From Patescibacteria group bacterium (GTDB lineage Bacteria > Patescibacteriota > Microgenomatia > UBA8517), in NCBI GenBank assembly GCA_035291665.1, contig DATDRP010000006.1, forward strand, positions 209,255-273,254: DNA of 64,000 nt, written 5' to 3'. Positions 38,007 to 46,486 of the stretch are shown here, piece by piece; the first letter of the stretch is position 1; every line of letters begins with the position of its first letter. The translations under genes were made by a program, and so were the position numbers. The notes below the pieces were generated by a model. The model made no database searches and was not told where the DNA came from. It saw nothing but the letters and a program-made list of their open reading frames with translations.

Positions 38007-38321
38007 TTACACAGCCTGAATATGAAGCTTTTTTTCAATTTTTTCAATCCGATTTAATATTAAGGGTCTTTCTTCTCTGGCTGTAACAACTTCCTTCAAA
38101 ATAGGATCTATTTTTGTAAAGAATTCACTTTTAAATTCTATGAGTTTTTCTTCGAATTTCTCTTCCTGTTCATCCAATTTACTCCCAAATTTTCTTTCCT
38201 GTTCATCCAATTTACCACCAAATCTTCGTTCCTGTTCATCCAATTTTTCACTAATTATTTGATCAAGTTTTAACTCGAATGCATCCAAACGTTCATCTAA
38301 ATCTTTTTTAGTTAATACCAT
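38007..38321 (-). CDS. small coiled-coil protein with tandem 11-aa repeats (KLDEQERKFGx)
   Basis: Three tandem 33-bp DNA repeats at 38162-38250 encode KLDEQERRFGG / KLDEQERKFGS / KLDEQEEKFEE. Confidence 0.5.
   Translation of the reverse strand: MVLTKKDLDERLDAFELKLDQIISEKLDEQERRFGGKLDEQERKFGSKLDEQEEKFEEKLIEFKSEFFTKIDPILKEVVTAREERPLILNRIEKIEKKLHIQAV
38162..38250 (-). repeat. 3 x 33-bp tandem repeat inside the coiled-coil protein gene
   Basis: CCTGTTCATCCAATTT recurs at 38165, 38198 and 38231, a period of 33. Confidence 0.8.
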
Positions 38322-38525
38322 AGTTTATTAAACTTCATGAAAGAGGTGGTGTCAATCTGAAAAACCTTGTTAAATTTGCGAAGTCATTCGAAATATTAAC
38401 GAAGTAGGAAAGAAATCCGGGGGAGTGCGGAGCTGCGTTTGACGCGGCGAATCGTATATCATTATTCGCTAAAACTCACGACTTTAAGAATGAAAAGGAA
38501 AGAACTTTTTTACAGAAGGTTTGGT

Positions 38526-38750
38526 TTACATATATGGATCCAGAAGCACGGCAAGTTCGTCGACAGAATCGGGGAAGTCGGTCTCATTTTCCGACAGTTC
38601 TTTTAACGCGTAGTTTAAATCTTCCCATTGATCAGTGGTGATGACATCGGTGGAATGTATATCATTGAGATTGGAAAGTAGTGAGCCCCAAGTTGATTCT
38701 TCGGTTGTATTCCAAAGCTCTTTTAATATTTTTTTGTTTACATCTGCCAT
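38526..38750 (-). CDS. small acidic hypothetical protein
   Basis: ORF only. Confidence 0.35.
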   Translation of the reverse strand: MADVNKKILKELWNTTEESTWGSLLSNLNDIHSTDVITTDQWEDLNYALKELSENETDFPDSVDELAVLLDPYM

Positions 38751-38841
38751 ACAGGTATTATATCAAACAGGTTACGGGTTATTTTTTTCGGTGTGTTCGA
38801 AAGCTACACACCGGGTGTGGGTAAATGATTCAATAGAACAA

Positions 38842-38901
38842 AGTCGAAGAGTTTGGGATAAGGGTATAGGGTGTAAGGCTATTTGCACCCTAAGGGTGTA
38901 A
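38842..38901 (+). repeat. palindrome-containing intergenic element, copy 1 (extended form), 7 nt upstream of the ATG at 38908
   Basis: AGTCGAAGAGTTTGGGATAAGGGTATAGGGTGTAAGGCTATTTGCACCCTAAGGGTGTAA. Core TTGCACCCTAAGGGTG. Confidence 0.8.
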
Positions 38902-38907
38902 TATTGA

Positions 38908-39657
38908 TTGGGGGTGATATATATGAATATGAAAAACGTCCTTCTAAGTTTGTGTACTTTCGCGTTATTATTAGGCTTGTTTACACTTCCGGCTCAAGCA
39001 GCTACTTTCTTAGATGATTTTAATGATGGAAATGCTGATGGATGGGACTTAAGTCAAACAGAACACCCATTATTAAATATTGGTAATTGGAGAGTTGTTG
39101 ATGGAAAATTAGTTCAAGATACAGGTTATGATGGTGTTCTTGCTTTATTACCGAACCAATACTCAGATCAAACAGATGAAACCTTACTAAAAGTTTATGG
39201 CCCTTCGGGTGCAACAGGATTTGTTATTTGGTATAAAGATAAAACCAATAGTGTATCAGTACTTGTTGCCAATGGACTAATTGGGGTTGCAGAAGTTTAC
39301 AACAATGTTTGGACTAATTATTCCTTCCCAGTAACATTTAACATTAACGAAGACAGATGGGCAGACCTTAAAGTAGAAGCAAACAGTCTTAATGGAGAAA
39401 TAAAGGTTTATTTGGACGGAACTTATTTGTTTACTTATAACGCAACTGCACCCAATCGTGTTGGTCAAACTGGATTTAAACAAGGAAATGCCGGTGGAGC
39501 ACATGATTACATCAGTATAATTACTCCTGATCCTAGTCCGACTAACAAAGATCAGTGTAAAAATGATGACTGGAAAACTTATGGTGAATTTAAAAACCAA
39601 GGAGATTGTATTTCTTTTGTAGTGACACGTGGTAATAGTTCACCAGCAGGTCAGTAG
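38908..39657 (+). CDS. secreted hypothetical protein (signal peptide; DDFNDGNADGW beta-sandwich/lectin-like motif)
   Basis: Signal peptide MKNVLLSLCTFALLLGLFTLPAQA. Possible concanavalin-like or DUF1080-like fold. GGGGGTGAT SD-like sequence. Confidence 0.5.
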   Translation: MGVIYMNMKNVLLSLCTFALLLGLFTLPAQAATFLDDFNDGNADGWDLSQTEHPLLNIGNWRVVDGKLVQDTGYDGVLALLPNQYSDQTDETLLKVYGPSGATGFVIWYKDKTNSVSVLVANGLIGVAEVYNNVWTNYSFPVTFNINEDRWADLKVEANSLNGEIKVYLDGTYLFTYNATAPNRVGQTGFKQGNAGGAHDYISIITPDPSPTNKDQCKNDDWKTYGEFKNQGDCISFVVTRGNSSPAGQ

Positions 39658-39738
39658 ATCTTGAATAAACAGATTCTTTAATTGCAGGGGAACGAAAGCA
39701 TCCCTACTTTTTATCATTTATAAAAATATTACATTGAA

Positions 39739-39764
39739 GCTATTTGCACTCTAAGGGTGCAACA
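39739..39764. repeat. palindromic element, copy 2 (core only), immediately 3' of the minus-strand gene 39768-40202
   Basis: GCTATTTGCACTCTAAGGGTGCAAC (one mismatch in the palindrome). Confidence 0.75.
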
Positions 39765-39767
39765 AAC

Positions 39768-40202
39768 CTAGCTATCCACCGCTGTTGTTTTATCTTCCGC
39801 GACCGCAAGCTTTTGCAAAAGTTTTGCAAACTCTTTCATTTTTTTACCTAAAGCCCGATTTCCTGAATTTACGTTTGAAAGCTCCCGTGATTCATCAAGA
39901 TTTACAAGTTTTAAATCGTGTTTTGATATTATGCCACATCGGGCTAAGTGACGTATGGAACGGTTTAAAAAATGGGAACTTGTTACTATTTTTTCCGGAA
40001 GTAATGAAACGATGGAGTCATCTCCATATTGTTCTATTAAATCAATATGACTTTTGGCCCAAGCAGTCCGTTTTTCTCTCGGATCACGTGGTAAATTTTC
40101 AAGATACTTAAGAAGCTCTTCTTTTAATTTAAGGTGATCATCTGTAGTTTCTTGATCAAAAGTATTCCTTCCCGACTCCATATTTTCTAACATTGTATGC
40201 AA
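39768..40202 (-). CDS. hypothetical protein
   Basis: ORF only. Confidence 0.45.
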   Translation of the reverse strand: MHTMLENMESGRNTFDQETTDDHLKLKEELLKYLENLPRDPREKRTAWAKSHIDLIEQYGDDSIVSLLPEKIVTSSHFLNRSIRHLARCGIISKHDLKLVNLDESRELSNVNSGNRALGKKMKEFAKLLQKLAVAEDKTTAVDS

Positions 40203-40235
40203 TTATACTTCGAGCTTATATGAAAATCGAAGAAA

Positions 40236-40285
40236 TAGGGAAAAGGGTATAGGGTGTAAAGCTAATTGCACCCTAAGGGTGCAGC
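40236..40285 (+). repeat. palindromic element, copy 3 (extended form), between divergent genes (starts at 40202 - and 40330 +)
   Basis: AGGGAAAAGGGTATAGGGTGTAAAGCTAATTGCACCCTAAGGGTGCAGCG. Confidence 0.8.
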
Positions 40286-40329
40286 GTTACAAATTTGAGA
40301 TTGGAATTTTAATATTATAAAATACCCGC

Positions 40330-40761
40330 ATGTCGATAGAACAAGATGGTGATAAAAACGAAGTGGAAGAATATCGCAAAAGAGTTGAAAGATTTATAAA
40401 GAGTGTTCTGAAGGAAAATATTTCAGATGCTGATGATGAAATTGTTGAAAAAGCACTTCCTATAGCTGTTGATTTATTTTTAGAAGCCAAAATGTTTTAC
40501 GAATTGGAGGAAAAAACTCTGAGGGCTACAATTGAATTTGCAGAAGCAGGTGAATACGAGCGAGCGCAAACATCTTCAAACGTCTCAAATTTTTTTCAGG
40601 AAAAACGAACAAAAACCCTTACAAAGCTCCAGGCTATAGGCGGATTGATTAATAATACCAGACACGTAAGTAAATACGGTGTGAATGATGTAATTGATAA
40701 TTTGTCTGATACTCCTTTCTTATACCTTTCGCCTCAAACAATTGTTGTAAGGGAAGAATAA
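40330..40761 (+). CDS. hypothetical protein
   Basis: ORF only. Confidence 0.45.
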   Translation: MSIEQDGDKNEVEEYRKRVERFIKSVLKENISDADDEIVEKALPIAVDLFLEAKMFYELEEKTLRATIEFAEAGEYERAQTSSNVSNFFQEKRTKTLTKLQAIGGLINNTRHVSKYGVNDVIDNLSDTPFLYLSPQTIVVREE

Positions 40762-40841
40762 ACAATAACTAAGGAAGAATATTTATAGGGGGTGTATTAG
40801 TAAATCATCCTGCGGTGATTATAATTCGAGATTAAGAGAAA

Positions 40842-40900
40842 GTTGAAGAGTATGGGAAAAGGGTATAGGGTGTAAAGCTAATTGAACCCTTAGGGTGTGT
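40842..40900 (+). repeat. palindromic element, copy 4 (extended form), upstream of gene 40987
   Basis: GTTGAAGAGTATGGGAAAAGGGTATAGGGTGTAAAGCTAATTGAACCCTTAGGGTGTGTC. The 5' extension AGTyGAAGAGTwTGGGA is shared with copy 1. Confidence 0.8.
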
Positions 40901-40986
40901 CGATTAAATATGTAATTTTAGAAGATATAATATAATCAATAGAAACCGTTCGCATATATGATTTCAAAAAATCACAATAATTCTAT

Positions 40987-41793
40987 ATGACCTATAAGGA
41001 ACCAGAGGACAATAATTCTTATCCGGTTGACTGGGAAAAACTTGTCGGAGAACAAGCGCGGCGGTTGCAGTTAGAAAAAGATGCCAAAAAAGGAATAGAA
41101 AAAGAAAGTGATGATAAAGCGGTCCGTTTTTTGCAAGAAATCGGGGCTAATGAATTATTAACCCAAATAAGAGATCAAGTCTGGAAAGCGGGTAGTGTAA
41201 TTCCAGTTTTTCCCGGAAGTAAAATCTACAAGCCTGGGTTTATGGAAACCTTTTGGTGGGCTTATAAAAGTAAAGAAGAATTAGGTTTGATACCAAAGAA
41301 TTGGTGGAAAAATGATTATATATATCGAAAACAAGCTCGGGAAATGAAAGGACCCTTTGGTGAAGCTGGTATTGCTTTGTGTTTAGCATGGGAAGAGAAA
41401 GCTATGTTTATAAGAAGTAATCCTGATCCCGAAGAAAGAGCCGAAGAAGGAATTAAAATCGTCCAAGCAGATGACCCGATTGTGATTAGATGCGCTTATT
41501 TGGGAATTGAGAATAACTACGCGCTTGGTGTAGCAAGGGGAGGGAGGAAAAAGTATCTAAATGATAATATAGGATATCTCCCAGTTTCGAGAATAACTAC
41601 ATTCGGAGTAGTACCAGATTTTGATCGACAAGAAGTTGGATTAACCGGCACATTTTTCGTACCCGAAGAATCGAATCCGAGGAAAAAATTGATTGAAGAA
41701 CTTGTCAAAAAAATATTACCGAATGAAGATTACAGTAGAGTGAAAGAGACAGAAGTCCATTCTTTTTCCCCCATCATTGAACTTTACGAATAA
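40987..41793 (+). CDS. hypothetical protein
   Basis: ORF only. Confidence 0.5.
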   Translation: MTYKEPEDNNSYPVDWEKLVGEQARRLQLEKDAKKGIEKESDDKAVRFLQEIGANELLTQIRDQVWKAGSVIPVFPGSKIYKPGFMETFWWAYKSKEELGLIPKNWWKNDYIYRKQAREMKGPFGEAGIALCLAWEEKAMFIRSNPDPEERAEEGIKIVQADDPIVIRCAYLGIENNYALGVARGGRKKYLNDNIGYLPVSRITTFGVVPDFDRQEVGLTGTFFVPEESNPRKKLIEELVKKILPNEDYSRVKETEVHSFSPIIELYE

Positions 41794-41995
41794 GTAGTTT
41801 AATTACAATTGAAGCCTCAAACAAATCATTAAAGGTCATAGACAAATATAAAAAGTGAGTCAAATCATAATCCTGAACCTGGTCGAAGGACTACAGATCT
41901 GCATTGTGGCGAGTAGATCGACTTCGCAGAGTTTGACTTAAACCTTCTTGATAGTCGGTATTTGGTTTTACTCTCAACTATTACTATCCCAAAAG

Positions 41996-42027
41996 GAAAA
42001 GTATTTGCACCCTAAGGGTGTAACATT
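41996..42027 (+). repeat. palindromic element, copy 5 (short form), upstream of gene 42095
   Basis: GGAAAAGTATTTGCACCCTAAGGGTGTAACATT. Relative to copies 1, 3 and 4 the GGTATAGGGTGTAAAGC segment is deleted. Confidence 0.75.
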
Positions 42028-42094
42028 AAAGTTTTTTTGTATAACAAAAAAAATATTGATTTGGAATAAATATAGGGTATAACAATCGATTACA

Positions 42095-42400
42095 ATGACA
42101 AAAAAAGGAACCTTGGGTTTTATTCAAAATACAGGGACAAAAGAAAACGGTGGAATTATTGTTGCATCCGATGATCCGAATGAAATTAAAAAACAGCTTG
42201 AAGAAGCTTTGGAATTAGCCCAATCTCAGGAAGGGTCCGGAAGAAAAGAATTTGATTTGGATGTTATCAAAAGTATGCTTGCAAGAGCAGAGAATGGATC
42301 AGAAGTATTTGAGGTACTAGAAAAATTAGAACAATTATTGCGGCTGGGTAAAGAAGCTCAAAAAAAGCCTATAGGATTTGAAATTCCAAAAAAAATATAA
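42095..42400 (+). CDS. hypothetical protein
   Basis: ORF only. Confidence 0.4.
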   Translation: MTKKGTLGFIQNTGTKENGGIIVASDDPNEIKKQLEEALELAQSQEGSGRKEFDLDVIKSMLARAENGSEVFEVLEKLEQLLRLGKEAQKKPIGFEIPKKI

Positions 42401-42485
42401 TTCCTTTTTAGAATTCTTAAAATTTTCTGTGAAATCTTTTTTTCAAAGCTTTCTTCAAAAGATTCGATTTATTCAGCTTTTTTTA

Positions 42486-43832
42486 TTACAAATCAAATTC
42501 CTGATTTAATTGGGGGAGAAAGACCTCTTTTATTCCAAGTTCCTCTGATATTTTTTTGGAAAACACCGAGCGGACCTTGTCCTCCCCGTGTGTGACAAAA
42601 ACCTTTTTGATATTTTTAATGTGTCCAAGCCAATTTAAGAGTTGTTTTTGGTCCGCGTGAGAGCTCATCGCATCGGTAAAATTGACAGTTGCCTTGACAG
42701 AAATATTGACATTATCGATATTTACACTTTTATCTCCATCCAGAAGTTCGCGGCCAAGCGTATCTTCTCCCTGATAACCGACGATAAATAGCCGGGTCGA
42801 GAGCATGGGCAAATAATGTGCGGCGTGACCCAGGATCCTCCCGCCGGACATCATTCCGCTTCCGGCAATAATTACTTTGGAGCCGGTTTGTTCATGAACA
42901 GCCTGACTTTCTTTCCAATCATTTATAATTACAAGTCCGGGAAAATCGAAAGGGGAACCGAATTTCAAATCGTCCTGGATATGAGGATTAAATAGCTTTG
43001 AATACTCCAAATAATCCAAAGTCGCTTTTTGTGCCATTGGGCTGTCCAGATATACGGTGGTCTGATTCTTAACCTTTCCTGACTTTTTCAAATGTTTTAT
43101 AAGATGAAGTATTTCCTGGGTTCGATCAAGTGAAAAAGCCGGAATAAGAAGAGTTCCGCCCGATGTTTCAACAGCATTTATTTCTGATCCCAAAGCAATT
43201 GAGGGGTCCGATTTTTCATGGAGTCGATCGCCGTAGGTGGACTCGATAACCACCGCATCCGCAAAGTTAAGATATTCGGTTTCCTGTAAAAGATCCTCCG
43301 GAGTATTTCCCAAGTCCCCGCTAAAAATTATTTTCCGGTAGTTTCCTTTGGCGGTATTATCCACGATCTCCAAACTGGCCGATCCTAAAATATGCCCATC
43401 GTCATGAAATGTAACACTAAAATCACCTATTTGAAAAGGTGTCCGGTATTCGACAGTTTCGAACTTCTGAATTGTTTTTACTGCCATTTCTTCGTCGTAT
43501 AAAAATTCCCTGTCATCTTTTTGAGCAATTCTTGCGCTGTCCAAAAGTGACAGTTCCGTAAGGGCCCTGGTTGCAGGGGTCATCCTGATAGTACTTTTAT
43601 AGCCATTTTTTAAAAGTATAGGAAGTCGTCCGCAATGGTCCAAGTGTGCATGGGTGAGAACGGCGCTTGTAAGGGTGGTGACATCAAAATCGAACGGTTG
43701 GTAATTCAGTTCTTCATATTTGGTTCCCTGAAACATGCCAAGGTCGATAAGTATGGATTGTCCCGAATCGCCGGTTAAAATGTAACAAGATCCGGTTACA
43801 GAACCCGATGCCCCCAAAAATTTGACCTTCAT
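42486..43832 (-). CDS. metallo-beta-lactamase / beta-CASP family RNA-processing nuclease-like protein
   Basis: LTHAHLDHCGRLP (HxHxDH) and further His/Asp ligands. Size and C-terminal region are consistent with the beta-CASP subfamily. Confidence 0.65.
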   Translation of the reverse strand: MKVKFLGASGSVTGSCYILTGDSGQSILIDLGMFQGTKYEELNYQPFDFDVTTLTSAVLTHAHLDHCGRLPILLKNGYKSTIRMTPATRALTELSLLDSARIAQKDDREFLYDEEMAVKTIQKFETVEYRTPFQIGDFSVTFHDDGHILGSASLEIVDNTAKGNYRKIIFSGDLGNTPEDLLQETEYLNFADAVVIESTYGDRLHEKSDPSIALGSEINAVETSGGTLLIPAFSLDRTQEILHLIKHLKKSGKVKNQTTVYLDSPMAQKATLDYLEYSKLFNPHIQDDLKFGSPFDFPGLVIINDWKESQAVHEQTGSKVIIAGSGMMSGGRILGHAAHYLPMLSTRLFIVGYQGEDTLGRELLDGDKSVNIDNVNISVKATVNFTDAMSSHADQKQLLNWLGHIKNIKKVFVTHGEDKVRSVFSKKISEELGIKEVFLPQLNQEFDL

Positions 43833-43887
43833 ACTATTTATATTTTATCACTTCCAGCCTCGAGTTGACAGAAAATTATTTTTATTA

Positions 43888-44451
43888 TTAAGGAGATTTA
43901 TCAAACCTTCCGATTTTAGGGTTTATATATCCTTTTGGCCATATATAATTGCCTTTCATTTTTTGTTCGTAAACAGTAAATGGTTCCAAACCCATCTTTT
44001 TTCTTTTATTATCAAGCATTTTGTTGTCCTTAATTGGTCTTGGGGTTGGTTCACCTTTCTTATTTTGATAAAACTGTGTACCGTATGTTTGCTGTCTGCC
44101 TCTATTTACAGCAACTCTGTCTGTTAAGTAGGCAATATTTGCCGGTAAAACATCGTTATTGGACTTAAGTATTAACTTTAAACATTCTTCCTGAAAATTA
44201 ACATTGTGATCCGCATGTTGAGCAATTAACCATGCAGCATAGGAAGCTTCTTCACCAACTGAACTTATTGTTGGCCAGCCATTGATCTCTTTTAGAATTT
44301 GCTTTAAACGTGTGGAATTATTTTCATCTATATTTTTATCAAATGTACTTTTACCAGATTGAGAATCCTTCCGCATCTTTTGGTCAGCTTCGGCCATCGC
44401 AATAATTTCTTTTGAAAGATCTGGATATTTCATATTTGTATTATAATTCAT
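43888..44451 (-). CDS. hypothetical basic protein
   Basis: ORF only. Confidence 0.4.
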   Translation of the reverse strand: MNYNTNMKYPDLSKEIIAMAEADQKMRKDSQSGKSTFDKNIDENNSTRLKQILKEINGWPTISSVGEEASYAAWLIAQHADHNVNFQEECLKLILKSNNDVLPANIAYLTDRVAVNRGRQQTYGTQFYQNKKGEPTPRPIKDNKMLDNKRKKMGLEPFTVYEQKMKGNYIWPKGYINPKIGRFDKSP

Positions 44452-44457
44452 CTTAAG

Positions 44458-45033
44458 ATGAAAGATAAAAAGAAAAAGTGGGTAAACCTTATGAAGAAAT
44501 ATTCCGAGTTTGGGGATAAGTTGGGTAAAGGAATCGACAAAGGAATTCTTGAGACAGTAGTTGTTTTGAATGCGTTAGGTATAAATACGGATCAGTCGTG
44601 TGAGGGACATCTAAAATGGGGAACTTGTGCACCCTGGGTGGATATTAAAGCACCCAATACACAGAAACTTGAAGATGAATTACAAAAATATTGGGATGAA
44701 GCAGAATCATTGTCAAATAGAGGTAAAAGTCATGACGTAACGGATAAATTATTTAGTAAATTTCACAAACTAAGAGTAAAGCTGAAATCAACAAATATGG
44801 CCCCCGCGCAAAAACTTCTGGATTTCTTATCTGAGTTTTATGGTGATAGAAATTCGGAGTACAAAACCAGATTAATGCTTTCTTTTACCCCAAAAGGGTT
44901 GGGAAGACTGGAATCTCAAGGAGCTGCTTTTCAGGAAGTGTTACCGATTGGTCAAAGAAAAAGAAATCTATTAGTATACGAGAAAGAAATGCATGAATTT
45001 ACAGAGTTTCTGAAAAAGAAAATCTTCAACTAA
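44458..45033 (+). CDS. hypothetical protein
   Basis: ORF only. Confidence 0.4.
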   Translation: MKDKKKKWVNLMKKYSEFGDKLGKGIDKGILETVVVLNALGINTDQSCEGHLKWGTCAPWVDIKAPNTQKLEDELQKYWDEAESLSNRGKSHDVTDKLFSKFHKLRVKLKSTNMAPAQKLLDFLSEFYGDRNSEYKTRLMLSFTPKGLGRLESQGAAFQEVLPIGQRKRNLLVYEKEMHEFTEFLKKKIFN

Positions 45034-45101
45034 ATAAAAATATCTTTAGTTTCGCATCATCACCTGAAATAGTAGTTTGTTTATTAATTACGAGAGTTAT
45101 C

Positions 45102-45539
45102 TTACTTCCCTTCAATTACTTCAGCTTGTGGTACTGGATAATCTCTTTTTATTGCCTCTGTTATTTCATTTGTTTTATCTTTTATTTCTTCTATTCTATT
45201 GACGGAATCGGATTTTCCAGAATAAATGCTTTCTGCGAATGCTTTTGCATGTTGAACAGATAATTCTTGTGTTGCTCCCAAAATTCCAAATACTTGAATA
45301 GATCGCCTGTCTAGATTTCCTTCATCAATTTTGTTAATTAAATTATCATAAACTTGAATATCACCAGTTTTATGTTCTTCAGTCCAATCCTTCATGTCCA
45401 ATAAGTATCCTTTTGCTAAACCAACAACGTCTTCTTCTGTATATCTCTTTTCAGTTGCTGTTTCCCCGCGGTTGATTATTTCACCCTTTTCATTAAATCT
45501 AGTACCCAAACCTGACTGTTGTTCTGTATCTTCTGACAT
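45102..45539 (-). CDS. hypothetical protein
   Basis: ORF only. Confidence 0.4.
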   Translation of the reverse strand: MSEDTEQQSGLGTRFNEKGEIINRGETATEKRYTEEDVVGLAKGYLLDMKDWTEEHKTGDIQVYDNLINKIDEGNLDRRSIQVFGILGATQELSVQHAKAFAESIYSGKSDSVNRIEEIKDKTNEITEAIKRDYPVPQAEVIEGK

Positions 45540-45595
45540 TTATATCACCTCCTACTATTATTTATTAACCCAACAATTATTTTCTATATCTTATC

Positions 45596-46036
45596 TCATG
45601 CGACATCCTTAATAAAATAGGATTTCCCTTCTTTCACCCTGTATTCTTTAAACCCTCTTTTCAAACAAAAAGAATACATATTTGCAAATTTATTTTTATA
45701 GGTATTTAAAGTTAAATGATTGTATTTTTTATCGATCGCAAACTTTAAAATAGCTTCATACATTTCTTTCCACACACCAAACCCCCTGTAATTTTCCAAT
45801 ACTCCGGCGTTCCAAATATGAAAGTTTTCTTCTTTCGGATAACAAATAGAAAAACCTACCATTTTTTTATTGTTCCAAACAGTAAGCAAAAGACCGACAT
45901 TATTTATCTTATTCAACCAATCGTCTCTGTTGTGATATTTTTTGATTTCTTCAGAAGTAGGTTTGAAAACTTGCTTGGAAAGATACAAAGCGTTATCCAG
46001 CTCCTCAATTTTGTTTTTGTGGAGTGTAATTTTCAT
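45596..46036 (-). CDS. GNAT N-acetyltransferase
   Basis: VLENYRGFGVWKEMYEAIL matches motif A. Confidence 0.5.
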   Translation of the reverse strand: MKITLHKNKIEELDNALYLSKQVFKPTSEEIKKYHNRDDWLNKINNVGLLLTVWNNKKMVGFSICYPKEENFHIWNAGVLENYRGFGVWKEMYEAILKFAIDKKYNHLTLNTYKNKFANMYSFCLKRGFKEYRVKEGKSYFIKDVA

Positions 46037-46179
46037 AATGCCCTACGTTGAGCAGCTCTGTCTGGAAACATTCGAGCCCATAACCAATTTAACCAAGTGT
46101 ATCACAGTTGAGGCTAAATCCCCCTTCGCTTTCAGCTTCGGTGGGACTAGTGAGACATTTAGGACAGTTAAAAAGAGTA

Positions 46180-46446
46180 TTACCTGTTGGCAAAGTAATT
46201 GTAGACCTTTGCAAACAAGTAGCCTGTTAACCATGCAGCAACGGTTAAAGATACAAGCCCTAATACAAACGAGCCCAACGATAAGCTCCATCCTGTTACC
46301 TTGCTAATCTCAAGACCATGAAACCAAGATTGAGCTATGGACATAGATAAATCAGGGAACAAAGAAACCGCAATTCGGCAAAAGACATAAAGAATAGCGC
46401 TGGTGACTGAAACCGCATTTGCTGTAGATGTTGGACTATGCTTCAT
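46180..46446 (-). CDS. small membrane protein
   Basis: Two hydrophobic helices. Lies downstream of the CopB-type ATPase gene on the same strand. Confidence 0.35.
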   Translation of the reverse strand: MKHSPTSTANAVSVTSAILYVFCRIAVSLFPDLSMSIAQSWFHGLEISKVTGWSLSLGSFVLGLVSLTVAAWLTGYLFAKVYNYFANR

Positions 46447-46486
46447 AAAAGATTCACCCCCTGTATCATTTCACTTAATTAAATAG

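Noticed and set aside
38760-38815. Hairpin CGGTGTG-N11-CACACCG flanked by a T-run on its 5' side
   Set aside because: The T-run precedes the stem on the + strand and an A-run follows it on the - strand, so it is not a canonical intrinsic terminator in either orientation.
40236-40285. Sigma-54 (-24/-12) promoter, LexA box or CIRCE interpretation of the palindromic element
   Set aside because: GG-N10-GC spacing does not fit. CIRCE needs a 9-nt spacer between arms, whereas this palindrome has a 1-nt centre. It does not match CGAAC/GTTCG LexA boxes.
38842-42028. Possibility that the repeated palindromic element is a CRISPR array
   Set aside because: Spacing is 500-1100 bp and irregular, and each spacer contains a complete ORF. 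The repeats are partly degenerate. No cas-like genes are adjacent.
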